Shown here piece after piece: positions 35,943 to 63,915 of a DNA stretch of 64,000 nt. The stretch spans positions 62,001 to 126,000 of the forward strand of contig NIVC01000745.1 of the NCBI GenBank assembly GCA_002269645.1, written 5' to 3'. The notes beneath the pieces were generated by a model that was not told where the DNA came from, made no database searches, and worked only from the letters and a program-made list of their open reading frames with translations. The position numbers were made by a program, and so were the translations under genes. This stretch comes from Macrostomum lignano. Lineage: Eukaryota. Position 1 is the stretch's first letter. Each line of letters begins with the position of its first letter.

Positions 35943-36554
35943 GTCTCTTTACATGATCGCAACTCCTCTAGTCTAACAATTTCATTTATGCACAGGAGCT
36001 AAAAAACTACTTAAAGTAGCTCGCACGCGCCGCGCCAGTCATCTTTCGCTGGACTGCCCAAAAGGCCCGCACTGACTTGCTTGCAATCAATTTAAAGAAA
36101 CTGTCAAGCGCCTGGCAACCGCTTTGCCGCTTGATAACAGCAGCAAAGAAGTTCATAATGTACTTTTTTATCGCGTCAGAGCATGGATTTACCAGTCTCT
36201 ATTGGCGAACCCATGTCTGGCCTCGTGTTTGTGAGAAAATGACTTTAAATTAAAATGCGCTCCATCAATCCAAGCTGCCAGTCTCCCCATGGAGCCTAAG
36301 TGGTCCTGCTCACTAAGTTGCCATTTGTGATTTTCTAACAAAATTTCTGCTCATTTTTAACAGTCCTTTATTTATTTCTAAATACCGGAGCCGCGATATT
36401 TTTCAATTAGTTCAACACTTCTCTGTGTCTGTGATGACGCGCCGCAGGCCCAGCTGCCTGCGCTGTGGAGCCCAAGTTTTATTTTTGTTTTAACTGAAAT
36501 CCCGCAATGCGTTTCTTGTGTTTCTTCTCGACTTTATAGACATGACTGCTCTCT

Positions 36555-36985
36555 GTTTAGGTTAGGTTTAGGTTAGATTTTAGGTTGTGTTTAAGGTTTA
36601 GGGTTAGGATTTAGGCTTTGGTTTAGGATAGGGTTTTATTATGGGTTTTAGGATAAGTTTTAGGATAGGTTTTAGGATAGGTTTTAGGATAGGTTTTAGG
36701 ATAGGTTTTAGGATAGGTTTTAGGATAGGTTTTTGGATAGGTTTAGAATGGGTTTTAGGATAGGTTTAGAATGGGTTTTAGGATAGGTTTTAGAATGGGT
36801 TTTAGGATAAGTTTTAGGATAGTTTTTAGGATAGTTTTTAGGATAGGTTTTAGGATAGGTTTTAGAATGGGTTTTAGGATAAGTTTTAGGATAGGTTTTA
36901 GGATAGGTTTTAGGATAGGTTTTAGAATGGGTTTTAGGATAAGTTTTAGGATAGGTTTTAGGATAGGTTTTAGGATTAGGGTTCA
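36555..36985. repeat. 12-bp TTAGG-containing minisatellite
   Basis: TTTTAGGATAGG variants. Confidence 0.9.
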
Positions 36986-37576
36986 GTTTATTGTTAGGGT
37001 TAGGACTCAAATTTTGGCAGCCACTGATATTGTAAAGCCGCTACAAAGCCGTTTCCTGTGACGCTGACAAGCCAGCAGCATAACGCTGAACAGAGTCCTC
37101 GAAAAGTGGCCTGCCTGCTGACTTTTGTAAGCAAAGCTGTAAAAATTGAATTCTCAGCTCGTATGCGGTGTACAGTAGAATGTACAGCCACGCACAGCAT
37201 ATTGGGATTTGCGTAGCAGAGTTAAAATGGCTGCGATAGTCTATGGCCAGAACTGATTGCAGACAGGTACATAGGGGGGGGGATTTTGCTGTTGGAGTTG
37301 CAGAAACCGACAACATGGAGCTAAAACCATGCTGAGACATAAAGACAGCCTGCCAATCAAAGTTTGCTTCAGCTGAAGGGTAAGGCTGATGCTCAGATCT
37401 TTACTCAATGAGTTGCTAGCAGTTGCGTAATAGCCAAGCGCTTAAACAGTCTTCGCTTGTAAAGTTACAGAATGATTGATGCGAGTTGAATTGATAAGGG
37501 CGAGTTGAACCGTTTAAGCATGAGAGTTATCAGGAGTTGAGCCCGGGCTGCCTTCTCAGTCCAGTGTATCTAGCTT

Positions 37577-37972
<396 letters not shown>

Positions 37973-38726
37973 CCTAGGGGAGAACTAGTGCAAGAAGGTA
38001 TTCCCACGCCCTACCTTCGTCCTTTCCCCATCCCAGCCGCAGTTCCCCAGCAGATCAATAATTCCCTTTCTCGGACAAGTCCGGCTTCGATCTTCCCCAG
38101 TTGGGATTTCCGTCTCCGCTCGATATCAGAGCTGCCAAAGGCCGGCTCCGGCAGGCCGGTCAGCACTGGACAATCAAAGCCCCAAACACAAATGCAGAAA
38201 TCGGCCCATTTCCAAGAATCCAATCAGTTCTCCATCGCGAGCGTGACGGCCCAGCAGCCAGTCTCACCTGACTGACTGACAGGCTGCCAAGGCTCCCCGG
38301 CGCACCTGCGGCTTGTCAAGCCGGCCTCAGAAACAGAGGCGGGCGGTCGATGATCGATTTTATGCCCCCCCTCGCTGGGCAGAGCTGAGCTGGCGAGTTT
38401 CTCCGCCTCCCTGCTTATCGTGTGCGCGACATCTGCTGCCGGGCACAGCGATGAGGAGCAGAGGCTGGATTAGCATCTGAGGTCCACTGCTCAGGCCGGT
38501 CTTAATCCTACAGAGGCCAGAGTTCCTAGCTGAGCAGCTGCTAAGCTCCGGCTAATCTGCAACCCTGCAAATGCCAGGACTGAGTGCCGCGGCTCAGTCA
38601 GCACTTCTGGGGATGAAGCCGGGGCCCAGCATCCATTTGCATTTGCTGCTCAATTTGCGGTAATGCTTGTGCATTGGGGAGCTGAGCTAAAGTGTGAGGC
38701 ACTGAAAAAATCCTGTGTCCTCAGTG

Positions 38727-39146
38727 CTCTGACTGACTGTCTGACACTCTGACTGACTGTCTGACACACTGACTGACTGTCTGACACTCTGACTGACTGT
38801 CTGACACTCTGACTGACTGTCTGACACTCTGACTGACTGTCTGACACTCTGACTGACTGTCTGACACTCTGACTGACTGTCTGACACTCTGACTGACTGT
38901 CTGACACTCTGACTGACTGTCTGACACTCTGACTGACTGTCTGACACTCTGACTGACTGTCTGACACTCTGACTGACTGTCTGACACTCTGACTGACTGT
39001 CTGACACTCTGACTGACTGTCTGACACTCTGACTGACTGTCTGACACTCTGACTGACTGTCTGACACTCTGACTGACTGTCTGACACTCTGACTGACTGT
39101 CTGACACTCTGACTGACTGTCTGACACTCTGACTGACTGTCTGACT
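38727..39146. repeat. 20-bp minisatellite
   Basis: About 21 copies of CTGACTGACTGTCTGACACT. Confidence 0.95.
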
Positions 39147-39194
39147 CAACTCTCTTTGGCTATCCAATGACTGTGCCTTTTTCCGATCTCCTGT

Positions 39195-39700
39195 TTGTCC
39201 CATCACCTGTTTATCCCATCACCTGTTTATCCCATCACTTGTTTATCCCATCACCTGTTTATCCCATCACCTGTTTATCCCATCACTTGTTTATCCCATC
39301 ACCGGTTTATCCCATCACTAGTTTATCCCATCACCTGTTTATCCCATCACCGGTTTATCCCATCACCGGTTTATCCCATCACTAGTTTATCCCATCACCT
39401 GTTTATCCCATCACCTGTTTATCCCATCACCTGTTTATCCCATCACCGGTTTATCCCATCACTAGTTTATCCCATCACCTGTTTATCCCATCACCGGTTT
39501 ATCCCATCATCTGTTTATCCCATCACCGGTTTATCCCATCATCTGTTTATCACATCCCCAGCTCACCCCATCATCCCCATTCCCTGTTCACCCCATCATC
39601 CCCATTCCCTGTTCACCCCATCATCCCCATTCCCTGTTCACCCCATCATCCCCATTCCCTGTTCACCCCATCATCCCCATTCCCTGTTCACCCCATCCGC
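39195..39700. repeat. Compound 16-18-bp and ~27-bp minisatellite
   Basis: GTTTATCCCATCACCT variants, then CCCCATCATCCCCATTCCCTGTTCA. Confidence 0.9.
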
Positions 39701-40139
39701 TCATTACCTGACCACGTGCTTTCTCACCTCCTAGGTGCCATTCAAAGTAAATCCTGCACTCCAGTCTCAAATCCCCAAAAGCGCTCGAATTTAGGCAAGC
39801 TGACTCAATAATTCCCGATAGCTGCAGTGGCTGCAGAGTTGGGCTCTGGACAGCCAAGGTGCAACAGTTGCCGCGCATGCCTCCTCTGCCCAGGGCTTTG
39901 AGAACTCCCAGCTAATAAAAAATGAAGAAAATTTCTTTGCTTTCCGCCTGAAGAGGCAACTCCGTGACAGATTTGGTTTGAACAGAAATAATTGCAACAC
40001 GTGCCAATCATTTCAGGGCCAACTGTTTACACCTGGAGTGAGTGGGGAGTGTGAGAACTGACTGGCGTGGGGAACTCTTAATCCCACTTTTAATGTGTGC
40101 TTCAGCTAGCGTTTGCCCTTCTGCTGAATCGGGAACGAA

Positions 40140-41305
40140 TCGAAGCGAACTTTAAAATGCTAAAAATGAATCGAAGCGAACCTAAAAACTAAAAATGAAT
40201 CTAAGCAAACCTAAAAACCTAAAAATGAGTCCAAGCAATTCTAAAAACCTAAAAAGGAATCTAAGCAAACCTAAAAACTAAAAAGGAATCTAAGCAATTC
40301 TAAAAACCTAAAAAAAAATCTAAGCAAACCTAAAAACCTAAAAAAGAATCTAAGCAAACCTAAAAACCTAAAAAGGAATCTAAGCAAACCTAAAAACTAA
40401 AAAAGAATCTAAGCAAAACTAAAAACCTAAAAAAGAATCTAAGCAAACCTAAAAACTAAAAAAGAATCTAAGCAAAACTAAAAACCTAAAAAAGAATCTA
40501 AGCAAACCTAAAAACCTAAAAAGGAATCTAAGCAAACCTAAAAACCTAAAAAGGAATCTCAGCAAACCTAAAAACTAAAAAGGAATCTAAGCAATTCTAA
40601 AAACCTAAAAAAGAATCTAAGCAAACCTAAAAACCTAAAAAAGAATCTAAGCAAACCTAAAAACCTAAAAAGAAATCTAAGCAAACCTAAAAACTAAAAA
40701 AGCATCTAAGCAAAACTAAAAACCTAAAAAAGAATCTAAGCAAACCTAAAAACCTAAAAAGGAATCTAAGCAAACCTAAAAACCTAAAAAGGAATCTAAG
40801 CAAACCTAAAAACCTAAAAAGGAATCTAAGCAAACCTAAAAACTAAAAAAGAATCTAAGCAAAACTAAAAACCTAAAAAGGAATCTCAGCAAATCTAAAA
40901 ACCTAAAAATGAGTCCAAGCAAACCTAAAAACCTAAAAAGGAATCTAAGCAAAACTAAAAACCTAAAAAGGAATCTCAGCAAATCTAAAAACCTAAAAAT
41001 GAGTCCAAGCAAACCTAAAAACCTAAAAAGGAATCTAAGCAAAACTAAAAACCTAAAAAGGAATCTAAGCAAACCTAAAAACCTAAAACTGAGTCCAAGC
41101 AAACCTAAAAACATAAAAAGGAATCTAAGCAAAACTAAAAACCTAAAAAGGAATCTCAGCAAATCTAAAAACCTAAAACTGAGTCCAAGCAAACCTAAAA
41201 ACCTAAAAAGGAATCTAAGCAAACCTAAAAACCTAAAAAGGAATCTAAGCAAACCTAAAAACCTAAAAATGAGTCCAAGCAAACCTAAAAACCTAAAAAG
41301 GAATC
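40140..41305. repeat. About 30-bp A-rich CCTAA-containing minisatellite
   Basis: AAAACCTAAAAAGGAATCTAAGCAAACCT variants. Confidence 0.93.
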
Positions 41306-42079
41306 GAAAACCCTTGACGATGCGAAGTGAAATTTTCATGCTGCTCATAAACGGCGACCCCAGCTTGTTCAGCATGAAGTCCCATTCAAGCCTGGGATTA
41401 AGAGTCCTGTGTCAGGCTGTGGGATTACACAGTCCTGCTTGAGCAGCTGAGCTCTCCCAGCTCCCGGCTCATCATCGCTGCTCGTAGCTCAGAAATTCGA
41501 AGAGAGGGCGAGAATGGCAGAGCCTGCGGGGAAGCTGGGGGGCAGAGTCGCGATTACGCAACACCGCATCATCACCGAGAAGATGAGGCTGTGGGGAGCC
41601 TGGAGGCGATAGATAGATAGTAGATCATGTAGGTGTGCTAGCATTTCACACCTTGCTAAAAGCCATGGGGTGTCCTATAAGGCTATCGCTAAGGCCAAGC
41701 CTTTGTGGCAATGCAAAGCGAGAGTGGAGGAAGGGGTTGCAGAGGGAAGACGAAGCGCTTTTTCCTGCCTCTATGACTCAGCGCCGGCTCAAACGTGTCT
41801 TCTGCTTTTTTGCCCGTGCATACGAGCTGCTTTGCTTGTTTTTACTTCTTCTTATAGTTTTCGACTCAGGAGCTTCTCGTATTGCCTCCCCGCTCCGCTC
41901 GTGAGCTTGGGTGGGGGGGGGGGCGGGGGCAGCAGAGAAAAGCAACCCGATACGAGAGAGACGTTCGCAACTTGCTATGCAGTGAAAGCAGTTTAGGAAA
42001 TGAAATAGCTGAAGCCACTGGGGTTGATGATGAGTCAAGTTATTGTTCCCGGTGCAGTATTCTGTTTCTGGCGTCAATA

Positions 42080-42780
42080 TTCGAGTTTTAAGCGCCAAGA
42101 TTTGAGTTTTAAGCGCCAAGATTTGAGTTTTAAGCGCCAAGATTTATATTTAAGCGCCGAGATTCGAATTTTAAGCGCCAAGATTCGAGTTTTAAGCACC
42201 AAGATTCGAGTTTTAAGCGCCAAGATGTGAGTTTTAAGCGCCAAGATTTGAGTTTTAAGCGCCAAGATTCGAGTTTTAAGCGCCAAGATTCGAGTTTTAA
42301 GCACCAAGATTTGAGTTTTAAGCGCCAAGATTCGAGTTTTAAGCGCCAAGATTTGAGTTTTAAGCGCCAAGATTTGAGTTTTAAGCACTAAGATTCGAGT
42401 TTTAAGCGCCAAGATTCGGGTTTTAAGCGCCAAGATTTGAGTTTTAAGCGCCAAGATTCGAGTTTTAAGCGCCAAGATTTGAGTTTTAAGTGCCAAGATT
42501 TATGTTTAAGCACCAAGATTCGAATTTTAAGCGCCAAGATTCGAGTTTTAAGCGCCAAGATTCGAGTTTTAAGCGCCAAGATTTGAGTTTTAAGCGCCAA
42601 GATTTGAGTTTTAAGCGCCAAGATTTGAGTTTTAAGCGCCAAGATTTGAGTTTTAAGCGCCAAGATTTGAGTTTTAAGCGCCAAGATTTGAGTTTTAAAC
42701 GCCAAGATTTATGTTTAAGCGCCAAGATTCGAGTTTTAAGCGCCAAGGTTCGAGTTTAAAGCGCCAATTCGTGTTTTAAG
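42080..42780. repeat. 21-bp minisatellite
   Basis: About 33 copies of TTTTAAGCGCCAAGATTCGAG. Confidence 0.95.
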
Positions 42781-43294
42781 CTCTTTAGAAATTGTAGACA
42801 CTTGATTTCGGTTTCGGTGCCGGTGTTGCAGAGGTTGCAAACTATTGGCTCAACCCAGCGAGAACACAAAGGCGGCGATCTCTATCTCCGTGAGCCCTGA
42901 TCACTCCGAGCTCAATAAATCACGGACCAATGCGGTTCTGAGCGCCGCACAGTCAAACGCCAGACAAGCTTTTTGCAATCTTTCTGTAGATTTTTACACA
43001 TCCGGCATGACATTTTATGCCGGGGCCGGGGGACCCCCTGACCTCCATGAGGTCTCCACTCGGAGACTAAACCTATGCATGCTCATGAATATAAAACAAC
43101 TAATAAAAAACCATGGGCTCCAAACCAGCACAAAGACCAGTGAAATAACAAAGAGGTATCAAATTCTTCTGTTTACTGTCACCAATTTTGGATGGAATTT
43201 TTCTGCATTTTTTTAGAGCTGATCAAATAAATCATTGTTTATGACAGCTGATCGGCGACCAGGTGGGTGAGCGGCCGAGTTTGAGAGCCACTCA

Positions 43295-44920
43295 CTGTTG
43301 TGGCACTGTTGTGGCACTGTTGTGGCACTGTTGTGGCACTGTTGTGGCACTGTTGTGGCACTGTTGTGGCACTGTTGTGGCACTGTTGTGGCACTGTTGT
43401 GGCACTTTTGTGGCACTGTTTTGGCACTGTTGTGGCACTGTTGTGGCACTTTTGTGGCACTGTTTTGGCACTGTTGTGGCACTGTTGTGGCACTGTTGTG
43501 GCACTGTTGTGGCACTTTTGTGGCACTGTTGTGGCACTTTTGTGGCACTGTTGTGGCACTTTTGTGGCACTGTTGTGGCACTTTTGTGGCACTGTTTTGG
43601 CACTTTTGTGGCACTGCTGAAGCACTGTTGTGGCACTTTTGTGGCACTGTTGTGGCACTGTTGTGGCACTTTTGTGGCACTTTTGTGGCACTTTTATGGC
43701 ACTGTTGTGGCACTTTTGTGGCACTTTTGTGGCACTGTTGTGGCACTTTTGTGGCACTGTTGTGGCACTGTTGTGGCACTTTTGTGGCACTGTTGTGGCA
43801 CTGTTGTGGCACTGTTGTGGCACTGTTGTGGCACTTTTGTGGCACTTTTGTGGCACTGCTGAAGCACTGTTGTAGCACTTTGGTGGCACTGTTGTGGCAC
43901 TGTTGTGGCACTGTTGTGGCACTTTTGTGGCACTGTTGTGGCACTGTTGTGGCACAGTTGTGGCACTTTTGTGGCACTGTTGTGGCACTGTTGTGGCACT
44001 GTTGTGGCACTGTTGTGGCACTGTTGTGGCACTTTTGTGGCACTTTTGTGGCACTTTTGTGGCACTGTTGTGGCACTGTTGTGGCACTTTTGTGGCACTG
44101 TTGTGGCACTTTTGTGGCACTGTTGTGGCACTGTTGTGGCACTTTTGTGGCACTGTTGTGGCACTTTTGTGGCACTGTTGTGGCACTGCTGAAGCACTGT
44201 TGTGGCACTTTTGTGGCACTGTTGTGGCACTGTTGTGGCACTTTTGTGGCACTTTTGTGGCACTTTTATGGCACTTTTGTGGCACTTTTATGGCACTGTT
44301 GTGGCACTTTTGTGGCACTTTTGTGGCACTGTTGTGGCACTTTTGTGGCACTGTTGTGGCACTGTTGTGGCACTTTTGTGGCACTTTTGTGGCACTGTTG
44401 TGGCACTGTTGTGGCACTGTTGTGGCACTGTTGTGGCACTGTTGTGGCACTTTTGTGGCACTGTTGTGGCACTGTTGTGGCACAGTTGTGGCACTTTTGT
44501 GGCACTGTTGTGGCACTGTTGTGGCACTGTTGTGGCACTTTTGTGGCACTTTTGTGGCACTGTTGTGGCACTTTTGTGGCACTTTTGTGGCACTGTTGTG
44601 GCACTTTTGTGGCACTGTTGTGGCACTGTTGTGGCACTTTTGTGGCACTTTTATGGCACTGCTGAAGCACTGTTGTGGCACTGTTGTGGCACTGTTGTGA
44701 CTGCTGTGACACTGTTGTGACTGCTGTGACACTGTTGTGACTGCTGTGACTGCTGTGACACTGTTGTGACTGCTGTGACACTGTTGTGACTGCTGTGACA
44801 CTGTTGTGACTACTGTGACACTGTTGTGACTACTGTGACTGCTGTTGTGACTGCTGTGGCACTGTTGTGACTACTGTGACTGCTGTTGTGACTGCTGTGG
44901 CACTGTTGTGACTGCTGCAA
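43295..44920. repeat. 11-bp minisatellite grading into 9/11-bp GTGAC variants
   Basis: GTGGCACTGTT and GTGGCACTTTT units, more than 120 copies. Confidence 0.97.
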
Positions 44921-45526
44921 TTCTTGTTGCACTGCTGTAGAACTAAATCAGTCACAGTGTACTGAAACGGTTGGATATCATGTAAATTAGGATTTGCAAC
45001 TCACTATATAGGCTCAGCTGAGAGTCTATAACTCGGCGCCTCATCCTCTGCAGATGCGTGACTTTCACAACAGCGAGAGAGCTCGCTCGACCCGGCCCCC
45101 TCTCTTCCCAATCACAAAAGACGGCAAGGCGGACTGTTTGGAAAGCAACACGGTTTGCAAACACAGCCCAGCCCGGTCCGGACCCAGTTGGGGCAACAGA
45201 TGCAACTTTTTTAGTCCGACACCCCTGTGCGCAGCGCTGAGTCGCCAGGATTGTCACGCGCAGAATTTGAATCTGAGCACGTCTTTGAGCTCGGGCAGCT
45301 GCGCAGTTCGAGTAACAAAAACTTTCCCTTGTGGCCTGTTTGATCTCGCAAAAAAATGTGCTCACGATCTCTGCTCTCTCGACTGCGAGTAAAAAGCTGC
45401 AGGCGGTAAGGGACATTTGGAACAGGCCGCTTCTTACTTGCTTTGGCCCACCCTCTTGGCTGACTTTTGCGGATTTGATCTGCTTTTGTTCTGCTGCTTC
45501 TGCTTTGGCTTCTTCTCCTCTCCTGC

Positions 45527-46850
45527 GTCACACCCTCCTCCCTCCTGTGTCACACCCTCCTCCCTCCTGTGTCACACCCTCCTCCCTCCTGCGTCACACC
45601 CTCCTCCCTCCTGCGTCACACCCTCCTCCCTCCTGTGTCACACCCTCCTCCCTCCTGCGTCACACCCTCCTCCCTCCTGCGTCACACCCTCCTCCCTCCT
45701 GCGTCACACCCTCCTCCCTCCTGCGTCACACCCTCCTCCCTCCTGCGTCACACCCTCCTCCCTCCTGCGTCACACCCTCCTCCCTCCTGCGTCACACCCT
45801 CCTCCCTCCTGTGTCACACCCTCCTCCCTCCTGCGTCACACCCTCCTCCCTCCTGCGTCACACCCTCCTCCCTCCTGCGTCACACCCTCCTCCCTCCTGC
45901 GTCACACCCTCCTCCCTCCTGCGTCACACCCTCCTCCCTCCTGCGTCACACCCTCCTCCCTCCTGCGTCACACCCTCCTCCCTCCTGCGTCACACCCTCC
46001 TCCCTCCTGTGTCACACCCTCCTCCCCTCCTGCGTCACACCCTCCTCCCTCCTGCGTCACACCCTCCTCCCTCCTGTGTCACACCCTCCTCCCTCCTGCG
46101 TCACACCCTCCTCCCTCCTGCGTCACACCCTCCTCCCTCCTGCGTCACACCCTCCTCCCTCCTGCGTCACACCCTCCTCCCTCCTGCGTCACACCCTCCT
46201 CCCTCCTGCGTCACACCCTCCTCCCTCCTGTGTCACACCCTCCTCCCTCCTGCGTCACACCCTCCTCCCTCCTGCGTCACACCCTCCTCCCTCCTGTGTC
46301 ACACCCTCCTCCCTCCTGCGTCACACCCTCCTCCCTCCTGCGTCACACCCTCCTCCCTCCTGCGTCACACCCTCCTCCCTCCTGTGTCACACCCTCCTCC
46401 CTCCTGCGTCACACCCTCCTCCCTCCTGCGTCAAACCCTCCTCCCTCCTGTGTCACACCCTCCTCCCTCCTGCGTCACACCCTACTCCCCTCCTGCGTCA
46501 CACCCTACTCCCCTCCTGTATCACACCCTCCTCTCCCGTATCACACCCTCCTCTCCCGTATCACACCCTCCTCTCCCGTATCACACCCTCCTCTCCCGTA
46601 TCACACCCTCCCCTCCTGTATCACACCCTCCCCTCCTGTATCACACCCTCCTCTCCCGTATCACACCCTCCTCTCCCGTATCACACCCTCCCCTCCTGTA
46701 TCACACCCTCCCCTCCTGTATCACACCCTCCTCTCCCGTATCACACCCTCCCCTCCTGTATCACACCCTCCCCTCCTGTATCACACCCTCCTCTCCCGTA
46801 TCACACCCTCCTCTCCCGTATCACACCCTCCCCTCCTGTATCACACCCTC
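45527..46850. repeat. 22-bp grading to 20-bp pyrimidine-rich minisatellite
   Basis: CCTCCCTCCTGCGTCACACCCT, then TCACACCCTCCTCTCCCGTA. Confidence 0.95.
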
Positions 46851-46867
46851 TGTTATCTATATTTCTT

Positions 46868-46869
46868 GT

Positions 46870-46918
<49 letters not shown>

Positions 46919-47018
46919 TGCCTGCCTGCCTGTCTGTCTGTCTGTGTGTCTGTCTGTCTGTCTGTCTGGCTGTCTGGCTGTCTGGCTGTCTGGCTGTCTG
47001 GCTGTCTGGCTGTCTGGC

Positions 47019-47055
<37 letters not shown>

Positions 47056-47090
47056 GGCTGTCTGTCTGTGTCTGTCTGTCTGTCTGTCTC
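46868..47090. repeat. (CTGC)n/(CTGT)n microsatellite
   Basis: Read directly from the sequence. Confidence 0.95.
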
Positions 47091-47745
47091 CCTGGGCAGA
47101 GAAGAAGAGTTCACTTCCATAATCGCTCAATCACGCCTCTTTTGTCAGTTTGGCTTCCCCTGCGCAGCTGCTCCCCTAGAGACAAAAAATAAAAGTATAT
47201 CAAATTCACCGCCCAAGCCAGGTATTTGGCATTTCCCCAGCCCCGGCGACTCTCTGCTAAAGTTCTGTCTGTGTGCCGTGTCTGGCCCAGCCAATCGCAG
47301 CGGTCCTGGCTTCTCCCATGGCAGCCCCTTTCAATATCAGAGCCCAGCCAACCAGATGTGAGGCATGTGTTGTCTGGGCAATGCGATATGGAGGTGGGTG
47401 CCTGGCCAATGCCTTGGCTATTATAACACTCCACAGCCCCCCCCCCTGGCTTCACATGCACAGCTCCAGGCCATGCCCGACGCGTCTTCGCTCTGTCTCG
47501 CTCTGCTTTTAATAGGAAGCCAGCAAAAAGAAGTGAGAAAGCAGACAGGGAGTGAAAGTGAGAGCTGAAAGACAATAAAAGCAGTTCCTGTTGCTGCTGG
47601 ATTTCCGGCCCGGGCCTCAGCGCACGGCAGAGACAATTGCCAACCCGCCAATGCAGCAACCTGCAGACAACACAAATAATAATCATAATTCCCAACTCTG
47701 CTTTGCTTGAGTTTCTTCAACAGAGAGCCAGCTCAGCAAGGCGCC

Positions 47746-60270
<12,525 letters not shown>

Positions 60271-60289
60271 GTGAGCTTTATTAGCACTA

Positions 60290-63200
60290 ATGACACTCTG
60301 CAGTACCTCTACTGACACTCCGGTACCTCCACTGACACTCTGTAGTACTTCTACTGACACTCCAGTACCTCTTCTGACACTCCAGTACCTCTACTGACAC
60401 TCCAGTACCTCCACTGACACTCTGTAGTACTTCTACTGACACTCCAGTACCTCTTCTGACACTCCAGTACCTCTACTGACACTCCAGTACCTCCACTGAC
60501 ACTCTGTAGTACTTCTACTGACACTCCAGTACCTCAAATGACACTCTGCAGTACCTCTACTGACACTCCAGTACCTCTACTGACACTCCAGTACCTCTAC
60601 TGACACTCCAGTACTTCTACTGACACTCCAGTACCTCTTCTGACACTCCGGTACCTCCACTGACACTCCAGTACTTCTACTGACACTCCAGTACTTCTAC
60701 TGACACTCCAGTACCTCTACTGACACTCCAGTACTTCTACTGACACTCCAGTACCTCTTCTGACACTCCGGTACCTCCACTGACACTCCAGTACTTCTAC
60801 TGACACTCCAGTACTTCTACTGACACTCCAGTACCTCTACTGACACTCCAGTACCTCTACTGACACTCCAGTACCTCAAATGACACTCTGCAGTACCTCT
60901 ACTGACACTCCAGTACCTCTACTGACACTCCAGTACCTCTACTGACACTCCTGTACCTCTACTGACACTCTGCAGTACCTCTACTGACACTCCAGTACTT
61001 CTACTGACACTCCAGTACCTCTACTGACACTCCAGTACCTCAAATGACACTCTGCAGTACCTCTACTGACACTCCAGTACCTCTACTGACACTCCAGTAC
61101 CTCAAATGACACTCTGCAGTACCTCTACTGACACTCCAGTACCTCTACTGACACTCCAGTACCTCTACTGACACTCCAGTACTTCTACTGACACTCCAGT
61201 ACCTCTTCTGACACTCCGGTACCTCCACTGACACTCCAGTACTTCTACTGACACTCCAGTACTTCTACTGACACTCCAGTACCTCTTCTGACACTCCGGT
61301 ACCTCCACTGACACTCCAGTACCTCTACTGACACTCCAGTACTTCTACTGACACTCCAGTACCTCTACTGACACTCCAGTACCTCAAATGACACTCTGCA
61401 GTACCTCTACTGACACTCCAGTACCTCTACTGACACTCCAGTACCTCTACTGACACTCCAGTACCTCTACTGACACTCCAGTACCTCTACTGACACTCCA
61501 GTACCTCTACTGACACTCCAGTACCTCTACTGACACTCCAGTACCTCAAATGACACTCTGCAGTACCTCTACTGACACTCCAGTACCTCTACTGACACTC
61601 CAGTACCTCTACTGACACTCCAGTACCTCTACTGACACTCCAGTACCTCAAATGACACTCTGCAGTACCTCTACTGACACTCCAGTACCTCAAATGACAC
61701 TCTGCAGTACCCCTACTGACACTCCAGTACTTCTACTGACACTCCAGTACCTCTACTGACACTCCAGTACCTCAAATGACACTCTGCAGTACCTCTACTG
61801 ACACTCCAGTACCTCTACTGACACTCCAGTACCTCTACTGACACTCCAGTACCTCTACTGACGCTCCAGTACCTCAAATGACACTCTGCAGTACCTCTAC
61901 TGACACTCCAGTACCTCTACTGACACTCCAGTACCTCTACTGACACTCCTGTACCTCTACTGACACTCTGCAGTACCTCTACTGACACTCCAGTACTTCT
62001 ACTGACACTCCAGTACCTCTACTGACACTCCAGTACCTCAAATGACACTCTGCAGTACCTCTACTGACACTCCAGTACCTCTACTGACACTCCAGTACCT
62101 CTACTGACACTCCAGTACCTCAAATGACACTCTGCAGTACCTCTACTGACACTCCAGTACCTCTACTGACACTCCAGTACCTCTACTGACACTCCAGTAC
62201 TTCTACTGACACTCCAGTACCTCTTCTGACACTCCGGTACCTCCACTGACACTCCAGTACTTCTACTGACACTCCAGTACTTCTACTGACACTCCAGTAC
62301 CTCTTCTGACACTCCAGTACTTCTACTGACACTCCAGTACCTCTTCTGACACTCCGGTACCTCCACTGACACTCCAGTACCTCTACTGACACTCCAGTAC
62401 TTCTACTGACACTCCAGTACCTCTACTGACACTCCAGTACCTCTACTGACACTCCTGTACCTCTACTGACACTCTGCAGTACCTCTACTGACACTCCAGT
62501 ACTTCTACTGACACTCCAGTACCTCTACTGACACTCCAGTACCTCAAATGACACTCTGCAGTACCTCTACTGACACTCCAGTACCTCTACTGACACTCCA
62601 GTACCTCTACTGACACTCCAGTACCTCTACTGACACTCCAGTACCTCAAATGACACTCTGCAGTACCTCTACTGACACTCCAGTACCTCTACTGACACTC
62701 CAGTACCTCTACTGACACTCCTGTACCTCTACTGACACTCTGCAGTACCTCTACTGACACTCCAGTACTTCTACTGACACTCCAGTACCTCTACTGACAC
62801 TCCAGTACCTCAAATGACACTCTGCAGTACCTCTACTGACACTCCAGTACCTCTACTGACACTCCAGTACCTCTACTGACACTCCAGTACCTCAAATGAC
62901 ACTCTGCAGTACCTCTACTGACACTCCAGTACCTCTACTGACACTCCAGTACCTCTACTGACACTCCAGTACTTCTACTGACACTCCAGTACCTCTTCTG
63001 ACACTCCGGTACCTCCACTGACACTCCAGTACTTCTACTGACACTCCAGTACTTCTACTGACACTCCAGTACCTCTTCTGACACTCCAGTACTTCTACTG
63101 ACACTCCAGTACCTCTTCTGACACTCCGGTACCTCCACTGACACTCCTGTACCTCTACTGACACTCCAGTACTTCTACTGACACTCCAGTACCTCTACTG

Positions 63201-63915
63201 ACACTCCAGTACCTCTACTGACACTCCAGTACCTCTACTGACACTCCAGTACTTCTACTGACACTCCAGTACCTCTTCTGACACTCCGGTACCTCCACTG
63301 ACACTCCAGTACTTCTACTGACACTCCAGTACTTCTACTGACACTCCAGTACCTCTTCTGACACTCCGGTACCTCCACTGACACTCCAGTACCTCTACTG
63401 ACACTCCAGTACCTCTACTGACACTCCAGTACCTCAAATGACACTCTGCAGTACCTCTACTGACACTCCAGTACTTCTACTGACACTCCAGTACCTCTAC
63501 TGACACTCCAGTACCTCTACTGACACTCCAGTACCTCAAATGACACTCTGCAGTACCTCTACTGACACTCCAGTACCTCTACTGACACTCCAGTACCTCT
63601 ACTGACACTCCAGTACCTCTACTGACACTCCAGTACCTCTACTGACACTCCAGTACCTCTACTGACACTCCAGTACCTCTACTGACACTCCAGTACCTCA
63701 AATGACACTCTGCAGTACCTCTACTGACACTCCAGTACCTCAAATGACACTCTGCAGTACCTCTACTGACACTCCAGTACCTCTACTGACACTCCAGTAC
63801 CTCTACTGACACTCCAGTACCTCAAATGACACTCTGCAGTACCTCTGCTGACACTCCAGTACCTCTACTGACACTCCAGTACCTCTGTTGACACTCCGGT
63901 ACCTACTGACACCTC
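60290..63915. repeat. 3.6-kb 20-bp minisatellite starting about 20 nt after an intron donor
   Basis: About 180 copies of CTCTACTGACACTCCAGTAC with recurring 22-bp CTCAAATGACACTCTGCAGTAC variants. Confidence 0.97.
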